From the NCBI RefSeq assembly GCF_055900595.2, contig NZ_CM148325.1: DNA of 64,000 nt; one strand, 5' to 3'. The position numbers and the translations under genes were made by a program. The notes under the pieces are model-generated. The model worked only from the letters and a program-made list of their open reading frames with translations, did not search any database and was not told the DNA's origin. This document shows, piece by piece, positions 54,817-64,000 of this stretch (position 1 is its first letter; every line of letters begins with the position of its first letter).

Positions 54817-54818
54817 AA

Positions 54819-55511
54819 ATGGATATGCTAAAGGAAAAAGTTCTTGCTGCGAATTTATCATTACCCCTTCATCAGTTAGTGACGTTTACCTGGGGAAATG
54901 TTAGTGGTGTTGATCGCGAAAAAGGTGTCATGGTTATTAAACCTTCTGGGGTCGAATACAGCCAAATGGGCATTGCAGATATGGTGGTAGTGGATTTACA
55001 AAGTGGTGAAGTTATTGATGGACACAGGAAACCCTCTTCAGACACCGATACTCATCTGGCGCTATACCGTGCTTTCCCGGATATTGGTGGTATCGTTCAT
55101 ACCCATTCCCGACACGCCACAATATGGGCTCAGGCCGGAAAAGATCTCACGGCCTTTGGGACAACCCACGCTGATTATTTCTACGGCACTATCCCCTGTA
55201 CACGCCCCATGAAGGATGACGAAATTAATGGACAATATGAATATGAAACGGGGCGAGTGATTATTGAAACGTTCAGACAACGAGAAATATCTCCCGCTGA
55301 CATTCCGGCTGTTTTAGTAAACAGTCATGGCCCCTTTGCCTGGGGAACTGATCCCGCGAACGCCGTGCATAACGCCGTTGTACTTGAAGAAATTGCCTAT
55401 ATGAATCTCTTTACACAACAACTACAGCCCCATCTTACGGCTATTCAACAGCCTCTACTGGATAAGCATTTTTTACGCAAGCATGGTGCCAATGCTTATT
55501 ACGGGCAGTAA
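54819..55511 (+). CDS. Class II aldolase-family L-ribulose-5-phosphate 4-epimerase (AraD/SgbE/UlaF-like)
   Basis: 230 aa from [34 protein letters not shown]...; GGAG RBS 6 nt upstream; HTHS and HADYFYG motifs; ORF track uses a GTG at 54807. Confidence 0.85.
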   Translation: MDMLKEKVLAANLSLPLHQLVTFTWGNVSGVDREKGVMVIKPSGVEYSQMGIADMVVVDLQSGEVIDGHRKPSSDTDTHLALYRAFPDIGGIVHTHSRHATIWAQAGKDLTAFGTTHADYFYGTIPCTRPMKDDEINGQYEYETGRVIIETFRQREISPADIPAVLVNSHGPFAWGTDPANAVHNAVVLEEIAYMNLFTQQLQPHLTAIQQPLLDKHFLRKHGANAYYGQ

Positions 55512-55560
55512 CCCTCTTAGCATGGCCTGGCGTTTTGCCAAGCCATAAATCGCCTAAGAC

Positions 55561-56934
55561 TTACTCCAACCGCGCCTGCGCAAAAGCAATCGCCTGCGCC
55601 ACCTGCTGCGGTGAGACGCCGCCTTTTGCCGCACGCTTGTCGAGGCACGATTGCAGCGACAGAATCGGATAGACATCTTCGCCAATCACCTGACTGAATT
55701 TCTGCAACTCACTGAGCGGCAGATCTTCCAGCGGTTTGCCCTGACGAATGGCTTCCACCACCGCTTCACCAACAATATGGTGCGCCTCGCGGAACGGCAC
55801 ACCTTTCGCCACCAGGTAATCCGCCAGTTCAGTGGCGTTCGCATACCCCTGCTGCGCCGCTTCCTGGCAACGTGGGCGTTTCACCTGAATGCCGTCCAGC
55901 ACCAGCGCCGCCATATGCAGGCAGTCCAGCCAGGTATCGAGCGCGTCGAACAGACCTTCTTTGTCTTCCTGCATATCTTTGTTATAAGCCAGCGGCAAAC
56001 CTTTCAGCGTCATCATCATGCCAGTCAACGCGCCCTGAACACGACCGCATTTACCGCGAATCAGCTCCAGCGCATCCGGGTTTTTCTTCTGCGGCATTAA
56101 TGATGAACCGGAAGTCACGCGATCAGAAAGCTCCACAAAACCCGCTTCGCCGGTGTTAAAGAAAATCAGATCTTCGGCAAAACGCGACAAATGCACCATA
56201 CCGATAGCGGCGGCAGAAAGCAGTTCCAGCACGTGGTCGCGGTCAGAAACGCTGTCGAGACTGTTACGGGTCGCCGAAGCAAAGCCCAGCCAGCCTGCTA
56301 ACTGTTCACGGTCGATTTCATAGGCCGTTCCCGCTAGTGCGCCACAGCCTAACGGGCTGACATCCAGACGCTTAAGCGCATCCTGCAAACGGCTTTCATC
56401 ACGCGCCAGCATCTCAACATAGGCCAGGCACCAGTGCGCGAACGTCACCGGTTGGGCGCGTTGCAGGTGAGTGTAACCTGGCATTACCGCGTCCTGATTG
56501 TTTTGTGCGGTTTCCACCAGCGCCGATTGCAGCTGTCGGTTAGCCGTCAGCAACTCGCTAACGGTATCCTTGCACCACAGTTTCAGATCGGTCGCCACCT
56601 GATCATTACGGCTACGCCCGGTGTGCAGTTTTTTGCCTAACTGGCCCACTTTGTCGATCAGTTTGCCTTCCACCCAGCTATGGATATCTTCGGCGTCGCT
56701 TTCAAGAATTTGTTGTGGCCTGGCGCGAACATCTTCCAGCAGCACATTGAGCGCCTCTTCCAGTTGCACCTGTTCTTCTGCGGTTAACACGCCTACCGTT
56801 ACCAGCGCTTTGGACCAGGCCACAGAGCCAACAATATCCTGCTCCGCCAGACGGTAATCAAAGCGCAGTGAGTCGTTGAATTGTTTAAACCGTTGATCTG
56901 CTGCCTGGGTAAAACGCCCGCCCCAAAGTGCCAT
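55561..56934 (-). CDS. argH: Argininosuccinate lyase
   Basis: 457-aa [47 protein letters not shown]... Confidence 0.96.
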   Translation of the reverse strand: MALWGGRFTQAADQRFKQFNDSLRFDYRLAEQDIVGSVAWSKALVTVGVLTAEEQVQLEEALNVLLEDVRARPQQILESDAEDIHSWVEGKLIDKVGQLGKKLHTGRSRNDQVATDLKLWCKDTVSELLTANRQLQSALVETAQNNQDAVMPGYTHLQRAQPVTFAHWCLAYVEMLARDESRLQDALKRLDVSPLGCGALAGTAYEIDREQLAGWLGFASATRNSLDSVSDRDHVLELLSAAAIGMVHLSRFAEDLIFFNTGEAGFVELSDRVTSGSSLMPQKKNPDALELIRGKCGRVQGALTGMMMTLKGLPLAYNKDMQEDKEGLFDALDTWLDCLHMAALVLDGIQVKRPRCQEAAQQGYANATELADYLVAKGVPFREAHHIVGEAVVEAIRQGKPLEDLPLSELQKFSQVIGEDVYPILSLQSCLDKRAAKGGVSPQQVAQAIAFAQARLE

Positions 56935-56994
56935 AACTCTGTTTCCTTATTTTGAAATTCAATGCCGGAAAGCTACATCTCCGGCCAACAAAAC

Positions 56995-57771
56995 TTAAGC
57001 TAAAATCCGTGTACCCATCGGCATACCGTTAAACAGTGCCGGAAGCTGTTCCGCATGACGCCAGGAGGCAATATCTACCGGGCGACCCAGTGTGCGCGCA
57101 GCGTCCAGCGCCGCGTTCACTTTCACTATCATGCCGTCAGTAATAATGCCCTGCTCAATCAGTTGTTCTGCTTTCGCTGCGGTCATTTCGGCAATACGTT
57201 GCCCTTTGCCGTCGAGAATACCGCTGACATCAGAGAGCAAAATCAGATCCGCGCCCAGCGTTGCCGCCAGCGCCGTCGCCGCCTGGTCAGCATTGACGTT
57301 CATCAGTTGCCCTTCGTCCGTTACGCCAATGGAGCTGACCACTGGTAGATAACCGTTTTCCAGCAACGTGTTGATAAGCTTAGGCGAACCTGGCTGCGCC
57401 AGTCCAACATGGCCTAACTCTTCATCGAGCTGGGTCACTTTTACGCTGTCGCCGTCGCCAAGAAACAAACCTACGGCTGCAATCTGATGTTTCTTCGCCC
57501 ATGCCAGCAGGGTTTTATTTGCCGTTCCCGCCAGCGCTCCGGTGATAATGTCTATCTGATCCGCAGGCGTCACCCGCAGGCCGTTTTTCTTTTTCACCGG
57601 CAGATTCAGTCCTTTCATCAGCTCATCCACCACGCAGCCGCCGCCGTGGACAATCACCAGCGGACGCTGATGTGACTCGCGATAATTCACCAGGGCGCTA
57701 AACAGACGTTCCAGCGCCTCTTCACTATCCAGCAGTACGCCGCCCAGTTTGATAATTAATGGATTCATCAT
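56995..57771 (-). CDS. argB: Acetylglutamate kinase
   Basis: Start at [24 protein letters not shown] (258 aa); ORF track begins 11 codons upstream. Confidence 0.94.
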   Translation of the reverse strand: MMNPLIIKLGGVLLDSEEALERLFSALVNYRESHQRPLVIVHGGGCVVDELMKGLNLPVKKKNGLRVTPADQIDIITGALAGTANKTLLAWAKKHQIAAVGLFLGDGDSVKVTQLDEELGHVGLAQPGSPKLINTLLENGYLPVVSSIGVTDEGQLMNVNADQAATALAATLGADLILLSDVSGILDGKGQRIAEMTAAKAEQLIEQGIITDGMIVKVNAALDAARTLGRPVDIASWRHAEQLPALFNGMPMGTRILA

Positions 57772-57778
57772 TGCACCC

Positions 57779-58783
57779 CTAAATAAGAGACTGCGTTTCC
57801 GCATAGCCGAAACGAATATTGGCGCACTGTACCGCTTGTGCTGCCGCGCCTTTCAATAAGTTGTCTTCGGTCGCCACAATAATCAGATGTTCCCCCTGAA
57901 CGGCAAAACCGATATCGCAGAACGGCAGCCCGACGACATTTTTCAGCGCCGGAACGCCTTTGTCATACAACCGTACCAGCGGTTTATGGGCATACGCCTG
58001 CTGTAACGCTTGCGCGACTTGCGCCTGGTTCACGCCTGGCTTCAGGCGGCAGGTAATGGTTTCGAGAATGCCGCGCGGGAAATTGCCCAGATGCGGGGTA
58101 AAAATAACGTCAGCACCGAGATGCGTGGCGATCTCCGGCTGGTGGCGATGGGTAAAGACACCATACGGTTGCAGGCTAACTTCACAAAAACTATTTGAAA
58201 TCGCTGCCTTACGTCCTGCTCCGCTCACACCACTGGTGGCGTTGATAACCGGCCACTGATTGAGGTCAAGAAGATCGGCATCAATCAACGGTTTCAGCGC
58301 CAATTGCGCCGCCGTCGGATAACAGCCAGGCACCGCAATTAAGTTCGCTTCTTTTAATTTATGACCGCACCACTCCGCCAGACCGTAAGCTGCCTGTTCC
58401 AACAGTTCCGGGTATTGATGGCTAAAGCCGTAATATTTTTCATAGAAGGTGGCGTCGTTAACACGAAACGCGCCGGAAAGGTCGAACACCACACAGCCCG
58501 CTTCAAGAAATTGTGGCGCTAAATCGTGACTAACTTCATGGGCAGTAGCAAGAAACACCACGTCCACCCCTGGGCTAAACTCACTGATATCCGACATCGG
58601 CTGCAACGGCAGATCAACGATGCCTTTTAGCTGCGGATGCAAATCGGAGATTAACTTTCCCGCATCATTGCTTTGCGCTGAAACAGTCAAAGCGGTTATG
58701 TTCATATGCGGATGGCGATTTACATAGGTCACTAGCTCTGCGCCAGCGTAACCGCTGGCACCCACAATCAGCGTATTCAACAT
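57779..58783 (-). CDS. argC: N-acetyl-gamma-glutamyl-phosphate reductase
   Basis: 334-aa [46 protein letters not shown]... Confidence 0.95.
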   Translation of the reverse strand: MLNTLIVGASGYAGAELVTYVNRHPHMNITALTVSAQSNDAGKLISDLHPQLKGIVDLPLQPMSDISEFSPGVDVVFLATAHEVSHDLAPQFLEAGCVVFDLSGAFRVNDATFYEKYYGFSHQYPELLEQAAYGLAEWCGHKLKEANLIAVPGCYPTAAQLALKPLIDADLLDLNQWPVINATSGVSGAGRKAAISNSFCEVSLQPYGVFTHRHQPEIATHLGADVIFTPHLGNFPRGILETITCRLKPGVNQAQVAQALQQAYAHKPLVRLYDKGVPALKNVVGLPFCDIGFAVQGEHLIIVATEDNLLKGAAAQAVQCANIRFGYAETQSLI

Positions 58784-58936
58784 CGGGGCTATTCACCTTC
58801 TTATGTCTGGTTGCCTGGTTAAACGTAAAACATTCACCTTACGGCTGGTGGGTTTTATTACGCTCAACGTTAGTGTATTTTTATTCACAAATACTGCATG
58901 AATATTGATACTATCATGACCAGAGGTGTGTCAACA
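58784..58936. promoter_or_regulatory. Divergent argE/argCBH control region with ARG-box-like operators
   Basis: AT-rich palindromic motifs ATTTTTATTCACAAATACTGCATGAATATTGATACTATCAT between divergent argC and argE starts. Confidence 0.7.
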
Positions 58937-60088
58937 ATGAAAAACAAATTACCGCCATTTATCGAGATTTACCGTGCTCTGATTGCCACACCTTCAATAA
59001 GCGCCACGGAAGAGGCACTCGATCAAAGCAATGCAGATTTAATCACTCTGCTGGCGGACTGGTTTAAAGATTTGGGCTTCAATGTGGAAGTGCAGCCCGT
59101 GCCGGGAACTCGCAACAAATTTAATATGCTAGCCAGTTGCGGACAGGGAGCTGGCGGTTTGCTGCTGGCGGGGCATACCGATACGGTGCCATTTGATGAC
59201 GGCCGCTGGACGCGCGATCCGTTTACGCTGACGGAGCATGACGGCAAGCTTTACGGCTTAGGCACCGCCGACATGAAAGGCTTTTTTGCGTTTATCCTCG
59301 ATGCACTACGCGATGTCGACGTCACGAAACTGAAAAAACCGCTCTACATTCTGGCGACTGCCGATGAAGAGACCAGTATGGCAGGAGCGCGTTATTTTGC
59401 CGAAACTACCGCCCTGCGCCCGGATTGCGCCATCATTGGCGAACCGACGTCGCTGCAACCGGTACGCGCGCATAAAGGCCATATCTCGAACGCCATCCGT
59501 ATTCAGGGCCAGTCGGGGCACTCCAGCGATCCAGCACGCGGAGTTAACGCGATCGAATTGATGCACGACGCCATCGGGCATATTTTGCAATTGCGCGATA
59601 ACCTGAAAGAACGTTATCACTACGAAGCATTTACCGTGCCATACCCTACGCTCAACCTCGGGCATATTCACGGTGGCGATGCATCTAACCGTATTTGCGC
59701 TTGCTGTGAGTTGCATATGGATATTCGTCCGCTGCCAGGCATGACACTCAATGAACTTAATGGTTTGCTCAACGATGCATTGGCTCCGGTGAGCGAACGC
59801 TGGCCGGGTCGTCTGACGGTCGACGAGCTGCATCCACCGATCCCTGGCTATGAATGCCCACCGAATCATCAACTGGTTGAAGTGGTTGAGAAATTGCTCG
59901 GAGCAAAGACCGAAGTAGTGAACTACTGTACCGAAGCGCCGTTTATTCAGACGTTATGCCCGACGCTGGTGCTGGGACCTGGCTCAATTAATCAGGCTCA
60001 TCAGCCTGATGAATACCTGGAGACACGGTTTATCAAGCCCACCCGCGAACTGATCACCCAGGTGATTCACCATTTCTGCTGGCATTAA
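58937..60088 (+). CDS. argE: Acetylornithine deacetylase
   Basis: Start at [23 protein letters not shown] (383 aa); M20 peptidase motifs. Confidence 0.94.
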   Translation: MKNKLPPFIEIYRALIATPSISATEEALDQSNADLITLLADWFKDLGFNVEVQPVPGTRNKFNMLASCGQGAGGLLLAGHTDTVPFDDGRWTRDPFTLTEHDGKLYGLGTADMKGFFAFILDALRDVDVTKLKKPLYILATADEETSMAGARYFAETTALRPDCAIIGEPTSLQPVRAHKGHISNAIRIQGQSGHSSDPARGVNAIELMHDAIGHILQLRDNLKERYHYEAFTVPYPTLNLGHIHGGDASNRICACCELHMDIRPLPGMTLNELNGLLNDALAPVSERWPGRLTVDELHPPIPGYECPPNHQLVEVVEKLLGAKTEVVNYCTEAPFIQTLCPTLVLGPGSINQAHQPDEYLETRFIKPTRELITQVIHHFCWH

Positions 60089-60091
60089 AAC

Positions 60092-60141
60092 GTAGGCCAA
60101 ACAATGTCGGATGCGATGCTTGCGCATCTTATCCGACCTAC
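60092..60141. repeat. REP (repetitive extragenic palindromic) element
   Basis: GTAGGCCAAACAATGTCGGATGCGATGCTTGCGCATCTTATCCGACCTAC downstream of argE. Confidence 0.7.
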
Positions 60142-60389
60142 ACCTTTGGTGTTACTCAAGGCGATTTTTTAACATTTCCATAAGTTACGCTTATTTAAAG
60201 CGTCGTGAATTTAATGGCGTAAATTCCTGCTATTTATTCGTTTGCTGAAGCGATTTCGCAGCATTTGACGTCATCGCTTTTACGTGGCTTTATAAAAGAC
60301 GACGAAAAGCAAAGCCCGAGCATATTCGCGCCAATGCGACGTGAAGGATACAGGGCTATCAAACGATAAGATGGGGTGTCTGGGGTAAT

Positions 60390-63041
60390 ATGAACGAACA
60401 ATATTCCGCATTGCGTAGTAATGTCAGTATGCTCGGCAAAGTGCTGGGGGAAACCATCAAGGATGCGTTGGGAGAACACATTCTTGAACGCGTAGAAACT
60501 ATCCGTAAGTTGTCCAAATCTTCACGCGCTGGCAATGATGCTAACCGCCAGGAGTTGCTCACCACTTTACAAAATTTGTCGAACGACGAGCTGCTGCCCG
60601 TTGCGCGTGCGTTTAGTCAGTTCCTGAACCTGGCTAACACCGCCGAGCAATACCATAGCATTTCGCCGAAAGGCGAAGCAGCCAGCAATCCGGAAGTGAT
60701 CGCCCGCACCCTGCGTAAACTGAAAAACCAGCCGGAACTGAGCGAAGACACCATCAAAAAAGCAGTTGAATCGCTGTCGCTGGAACTGGTCCTCACGGCT
60801 CACCCAACCGAAATTACCCGTCGTACGCTGATCCACAAAATGGTGGAAGTGAACGCCTGCTTAAAACAGCTCGACAACAAAGATATCGCCGACTACGAAC
60901 ATAACCAACTGATGCGCCGCCTGCGCCAGTTGATCGCCCAGTCATGGCATACCGATGAAATCCGTAAGCTGCGCCCAAGCCCGGTAGATGAGGCCAAATG
61001 GGGCTTTGCCGTAGTAGAAAACAGCCTGTGGCAAGGCGTACCGAATTACCTGCGCGAACTGAACGAACAACTGGAAGAGAACCTCGGCTACAAACTACCC
61101 GTCGAATTTGCTCCGGTGCGTTTTACCTCGTGGATGGGCGGCGACCGCGACGGAAACCCGAACGTCACTGCCGATATCACCCGCCACGTCCTGCTGCTCA
61201 GCCGCTGGAAAGCCACCGATCTGTTCCTGAAAGATATTCAAGTTCTGGTTTCTGAACTGTCGATGGTTGAAGCAACTCCGGAACTGCTGGCGCTGGTCGG
61301 CGAAGAAGGTGCCGCAGAACCGTATCGCTATCTGATGAAAAACCTGCGTTCCCGCTTGATGGCGACACAGGCATGGCTGGAAGCGCGCCTGAAAGGTGAA
61401 GAAGTACCAAAACCAGAGGGTCTGCTGACGCAGAACGAAGAACTGTGGGAGCCGCTCTACGCTTGCTACCAGTCCCTTCAGGCGTGTGGCATGGGTATTA
61501 TTGCCAACGGCGATCTGCTCGACACCCTGCGCCGCGTGAAATGTTTCGGTGTACCGCTGGTCCGTATTGATATCCGTCAGGAGAGCACCCGTCATACCGA
61601 AGCGCTGGGCGAACTGACCCGCTACCTCGGCATCGGCGACTACGAAAGCTGGTCAGAGGCCGACAAACAGGCGTTCCTGATCCGCGAACTGAACTCCAAA
61701 CGCCCTCTTCTGCCGCGTAACTGGCAACCGAGCGCCGAAACGCGCGAAGTACTTGATACCTGTCAGGTAATTGCTGAAGCACCGCAAGGTTCCATTGCCG
61801 CCTACGTGATCTCGATGGCAAAAACGCCGTCCGACGTACTGGCTGTACACCTGCTGCTGAAAGAAGCGGGTATTGGATTTGCGATGCCGGTTGCACCGCT
61901 GTTTGAAACCCTTGATGACCTGAACAACGCCAACGATGTCATGACCCAGTTGCTCAATATCGACTGGTATCGCGGCCTGATTCAGGGCAAACAGATGGTG
62001 ATGATTGGCTATTCCGACTCAGCAAAAGATGCGGGGGTGATGGCGGCTTCCTGGGCGCAATATCAGGCACAGGATGCATTAATCAAAACCTGCGAAAAAG
62101 CGGGTATTGAACTGACGCTGTTCCACGGCCGCGGCGGTTCCATTGGTCGCGGCGGCGCACCTGCCCATGCGGCGCTGCTGTCACAACCGCCAGGAAGCCT
62201 GAAAGGCGGCCTTCGCGTGACCGAACAGGGCGAGATGATCCGCTTTAAATATGGTCTGCCAGAAATCACCGTTAGCAGCCTGTCGCTGTACACCGGGGCA
62301 ATTCTGGAAGCCAACCTGCTGCCACCGCCGGAGCCGAAAGAGAGCTGGCGTCGCATTATGGATGAACTGTCAGTCATCTCCTGCGATCTCTACCGTGGCT
62401 ACGTACGTGAAAACAAAGATTTTGTGCCGTACTTCCGCTCCGCTACGCCGGAACAAGAGCTGGGCAAACTGCCGTTGGGTTCACGTCCGGCGAAACGTCG
62501 CCCGACCGGCGGCGTCGAGTCACTGCGCGCCATTCCGTGGATTTTTGCCTGGACACAAAACCGCCTGATGCTCCCCGCCTGGCTGGGTGCAGGTACGGCG
62601 CTGCAAAAAGTGGTCGAAGATGGCAAGCAGAGCGAACTGGAAGCCATGTGCCGCGACTGGCCATTCTTCTCGACGCGTCTCGGCATGCTGGAGATGGTCT
62701 TCGCCAAAGCAGACCTGTGGCTGGCGGAATACTATGATCAACGTCTGGTAGACAAAGCATTGTGGCCGTTAGGTAAAGAGTTACGTAATCTGCAAGAAGA
62801 AGACATCAAAGTGGTGCTGGCGATTGCCAACGATTCTCACCTGATGGCCGATCTGCCGTGGATTGCGGAGTCTATTCAGCTGCGAAATATTTACACCGAC
62901 CCACTGAACGTATTGCAGGCCGAGTTGCTGCACCGCTCCCGCCAGGCAGAAAAAGAAGGCCAGGAACCGGATCCTCGCGTCGAGCAAGCGTTAATGGTTA
63001 CTATTGCCGGGATTGCGGCAGGTATGCGTAATACCGGCTAA
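60390..63041 (+). CDS. ppc: Phosphoenolpyruvate carboxylase
   Basis: 883-aa [46 protein letters not shown]... ending ...AGMRNTG. Confidence 0.97.
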   Translation: MNEQYSALRSNVSMLGKVLGETIKDALGEHILERVETIRKLSKSSRAGNDANRQELLTTLQNLSNDELLPVARAFSQFLNLANTAEQYHSISPKGEAASNPEVIARTLRKLKNQPELSEDTIKKAVESLSLELVLTAHPTEITRRTLIHKMVEVNACLKQLDNKDIADYEHNQLMRRLRQLIAQSWHTDEIRKLRPSPVDEAKWGFAVVENSLWQGVPNYLRELNEQLEENLGYKLPVEFAPVRFTSWMGGDRDGNPNVTADITRHVLLLSRWKATDLFLKDIQVLVSELSMVEATPELLALVGEEGAAEPYRYLMKNLRSRLMATQAWLEARLKGEEVPKPEGLLTQNEELWEPLYACYQSLQACGMGIIANGDLLDTLRRVKCFGVPLVRIDIRQESTRHTEALGELTRYLGIGDYESWSEADKQAFLIRELNSKRPLLPRNWQPSAETREVLDTCQVIAEAPQGSIAAYVISMAKTPSDVLAVHLLLKEAGIGFAMPVAPLFETLDDLNNANDVMTQLLNIDWYRGLIQGKQMVMIGYSDSAKDAGVMAASWAQYQAQDALIKTCEKAGIELTLFHGRGGSIGRGGAPAHAALLSQPPGSLKGGLRVTEQGEMIRFKYGLPEITVSSLSLYTGAILEANLLPPPEPKESWRRIMDELSVISCDLYRGYVRENKDFVPYFRSATPEQELGKLPLGSRPAKRRPTGGVESLRAIPWIFAWTQNRLMLPAWLGAGTALQKVVEDGKQSELEAMCRDWPFFSTRLGMLEMVFAKADLWLAEYYDQRLVDKALWPLGKELRNLQEEDIKVVLAIANDSHLMADLPWIAESIQLRNIYTDPLNVLQAELLHRSRQAEKEGQEPDPRVEQALMVTIAGIAAGMRNTG

Positions 63042-63061
63042 TCTTCCCCCCTCCTGCAAAC

Positions 63062-63088
63062 CCTCGTGCTTTTGCGCGAGGGTTTTCT
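63062..63088 (+). terminator. ppc rho-independent terminator
   Basis: CCCTCGTGC-TTTT-GCGCGAGGG followed by TTTTCTG. Confidence 0.7.
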
Positions 63089-63224
63089 GAAATACTTCTG
63101 TTCTAACACCCTCGTTTTCAATATATTTCTGTCTGCATTTTATTCAAATTCTGGATATCCCTTCAGATATCCTTAAGGAATTGTCGTTACATTCGGCGAT
63201 ATTTTTTCAAGACAGGTTCTTACT

Positions 63225-64000
63225 ATGCATTCCACAGAAGTCCAGGCTAAACCTCTTTTTAGCTGGAAAGCCCTGGGTTGGGCACTGCTCTACTTTTGGT
63301 TTTTCTCTACCTTGCTACAGGCCATTATTTACATCAGTGGTTATAGTGGCACTAACGGCATTCGCGACTCGCTGTTATTCAGTTCGCTGTGGTTGATCCC
63401 GGTATTCCTCTTTCCGAAGCGGATTAAAATTATTGCCGCAGTAATCGGCGTAGTGCTATGGGCGGCCTCTCTGGCAGCGCTGTGCTACTACGTCATCTAC
63501 GGTCAGGAGTTCTCGCAGAGCGTTCTGTTTGTGATGTTCGAAACCAACACCAACGAAGCCAGCGAGTATTTAAGCCAGTATTTCAGCCTGAAAATTGTGC
63601 TTATCGCGCTGGCCTATACGGCGGTGGCAGTTCTGCTGTGGACACGCCTGCGCCCGGTCTATATTCCAAAGCCGTGGCGTTATGTTGTCTCTTTTGCCCT
63701 GCTTTATGGCTTGATTCTGCATCCGATCGCCATGAATACGTTTATCAAAAACAAGCCGTTTGAGAAAACGTTGGATAACCTGGCATCGCGTATGGAGCCT
63801 GCCGCACCGTGGCAATTCCTGACCGGCTATTATCAGTATCGTCAGCAACTAAACTCGCTAACAAAGCTACTGAATGAAAATAATGCCTTGCCGCCGCTGG
63901 CTAATTTCAAAGATGAATCGGGTAACGAACCGCGCACCTTAGTGCTGGTGATTGGCGAGTCGACCCAGCGTGGACGCATGAGTCTGTACGGTTATCCGCG
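63225..64000 (+). CDS. eptC: Phosphoethanolamine transferase EptC (YijP/CptA), N-terminal part; continues past window end
   Basis: MHSTEVQAKPLFSWKALGWALLYFWFFSTLLQAIIYISGYSG... membrane N-terminus, open to the window end. Confidence 0.8.
   Translation, partial: MHSTEVQAKPLFSWKALGWALLYFWFFSTLLQAIIYISGYSGTNGIRDSLLFSSLWLIPVFLFPKRIKIIAAVIGVVLWAASLAALCYYVIYGQEFSQSVLFVMFETNTNEASEYLSQYFSLKIVLIALAYTAVAVLLWTRLRPVYIPKPWRYVVSFALLYGLILHPIAMNTFIKNKPFEKTLDNLASRMEPAAPWQFLTGYYQYRQQLNSLTKLLNENNALPPLANFKDESGNEPRTLVLVIGESTQRGRMSLYGYP

Overview
This window reads as an Escherichia coli-type chromosomal segment, in reverse-complement orientation relative to the K-12 map, running from zraS (partial) to eptC (partial). 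Identification is by reading the translated ORFs and RNA sequences against remembered E. coli proteins and RNAs; no search was run. Core content: zraS/zraP, yjaH-hupA, the nudC-hemE-nfi-yjaG operon, rsd, the thiCEFSGH operon with its TPP riboswitch, rpoBC, rplKAJL, nusG-secE, tufB with the thrU-tyrU-glyT-thrT tRNA operon, coaA, birA, murB, a complete rrnB-type rRNA operon (16S-tRNA-Glu-23S-5S), murI, btuB with its cobalamin riboswitch, trmA, yijD, fabR, sthA, oxyR/oxyS, argECBH and ppc. The one clearly accessory region is a roughly 12.2 kb, 10-gene island at 43.35-55.56 kb between the oxyS terminator and the 3' end of argH, which are adjacent in K-12 gene order. It has two modules: (A) an ACS-family MFS transporter plus a ManD/RspA-like enolase-superfamily dehydratase, and (B) a DeoR regulator, a CUT2-type sugar ABC transporter, an LyxK-like kinase, a UlaE/SgbU-like 3-epimerase and a divergent AraD-like 4-epimerase. 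Module A is bracketed by the genuine oxyS 3' end and a diverged second copy of it. Other departures from the K-12 arrangement as I remember it: no yjaZ (htrC) gene between thiH and rpoC, and a single terminator after 5S instead of the T1-T2 tandem. No CRISPR array, integrase, transposase or phage genes were seen. The island is built from known enzyme families, so I cannot claim a mechanistically new system; its novelty depends on database checks I cannot run.
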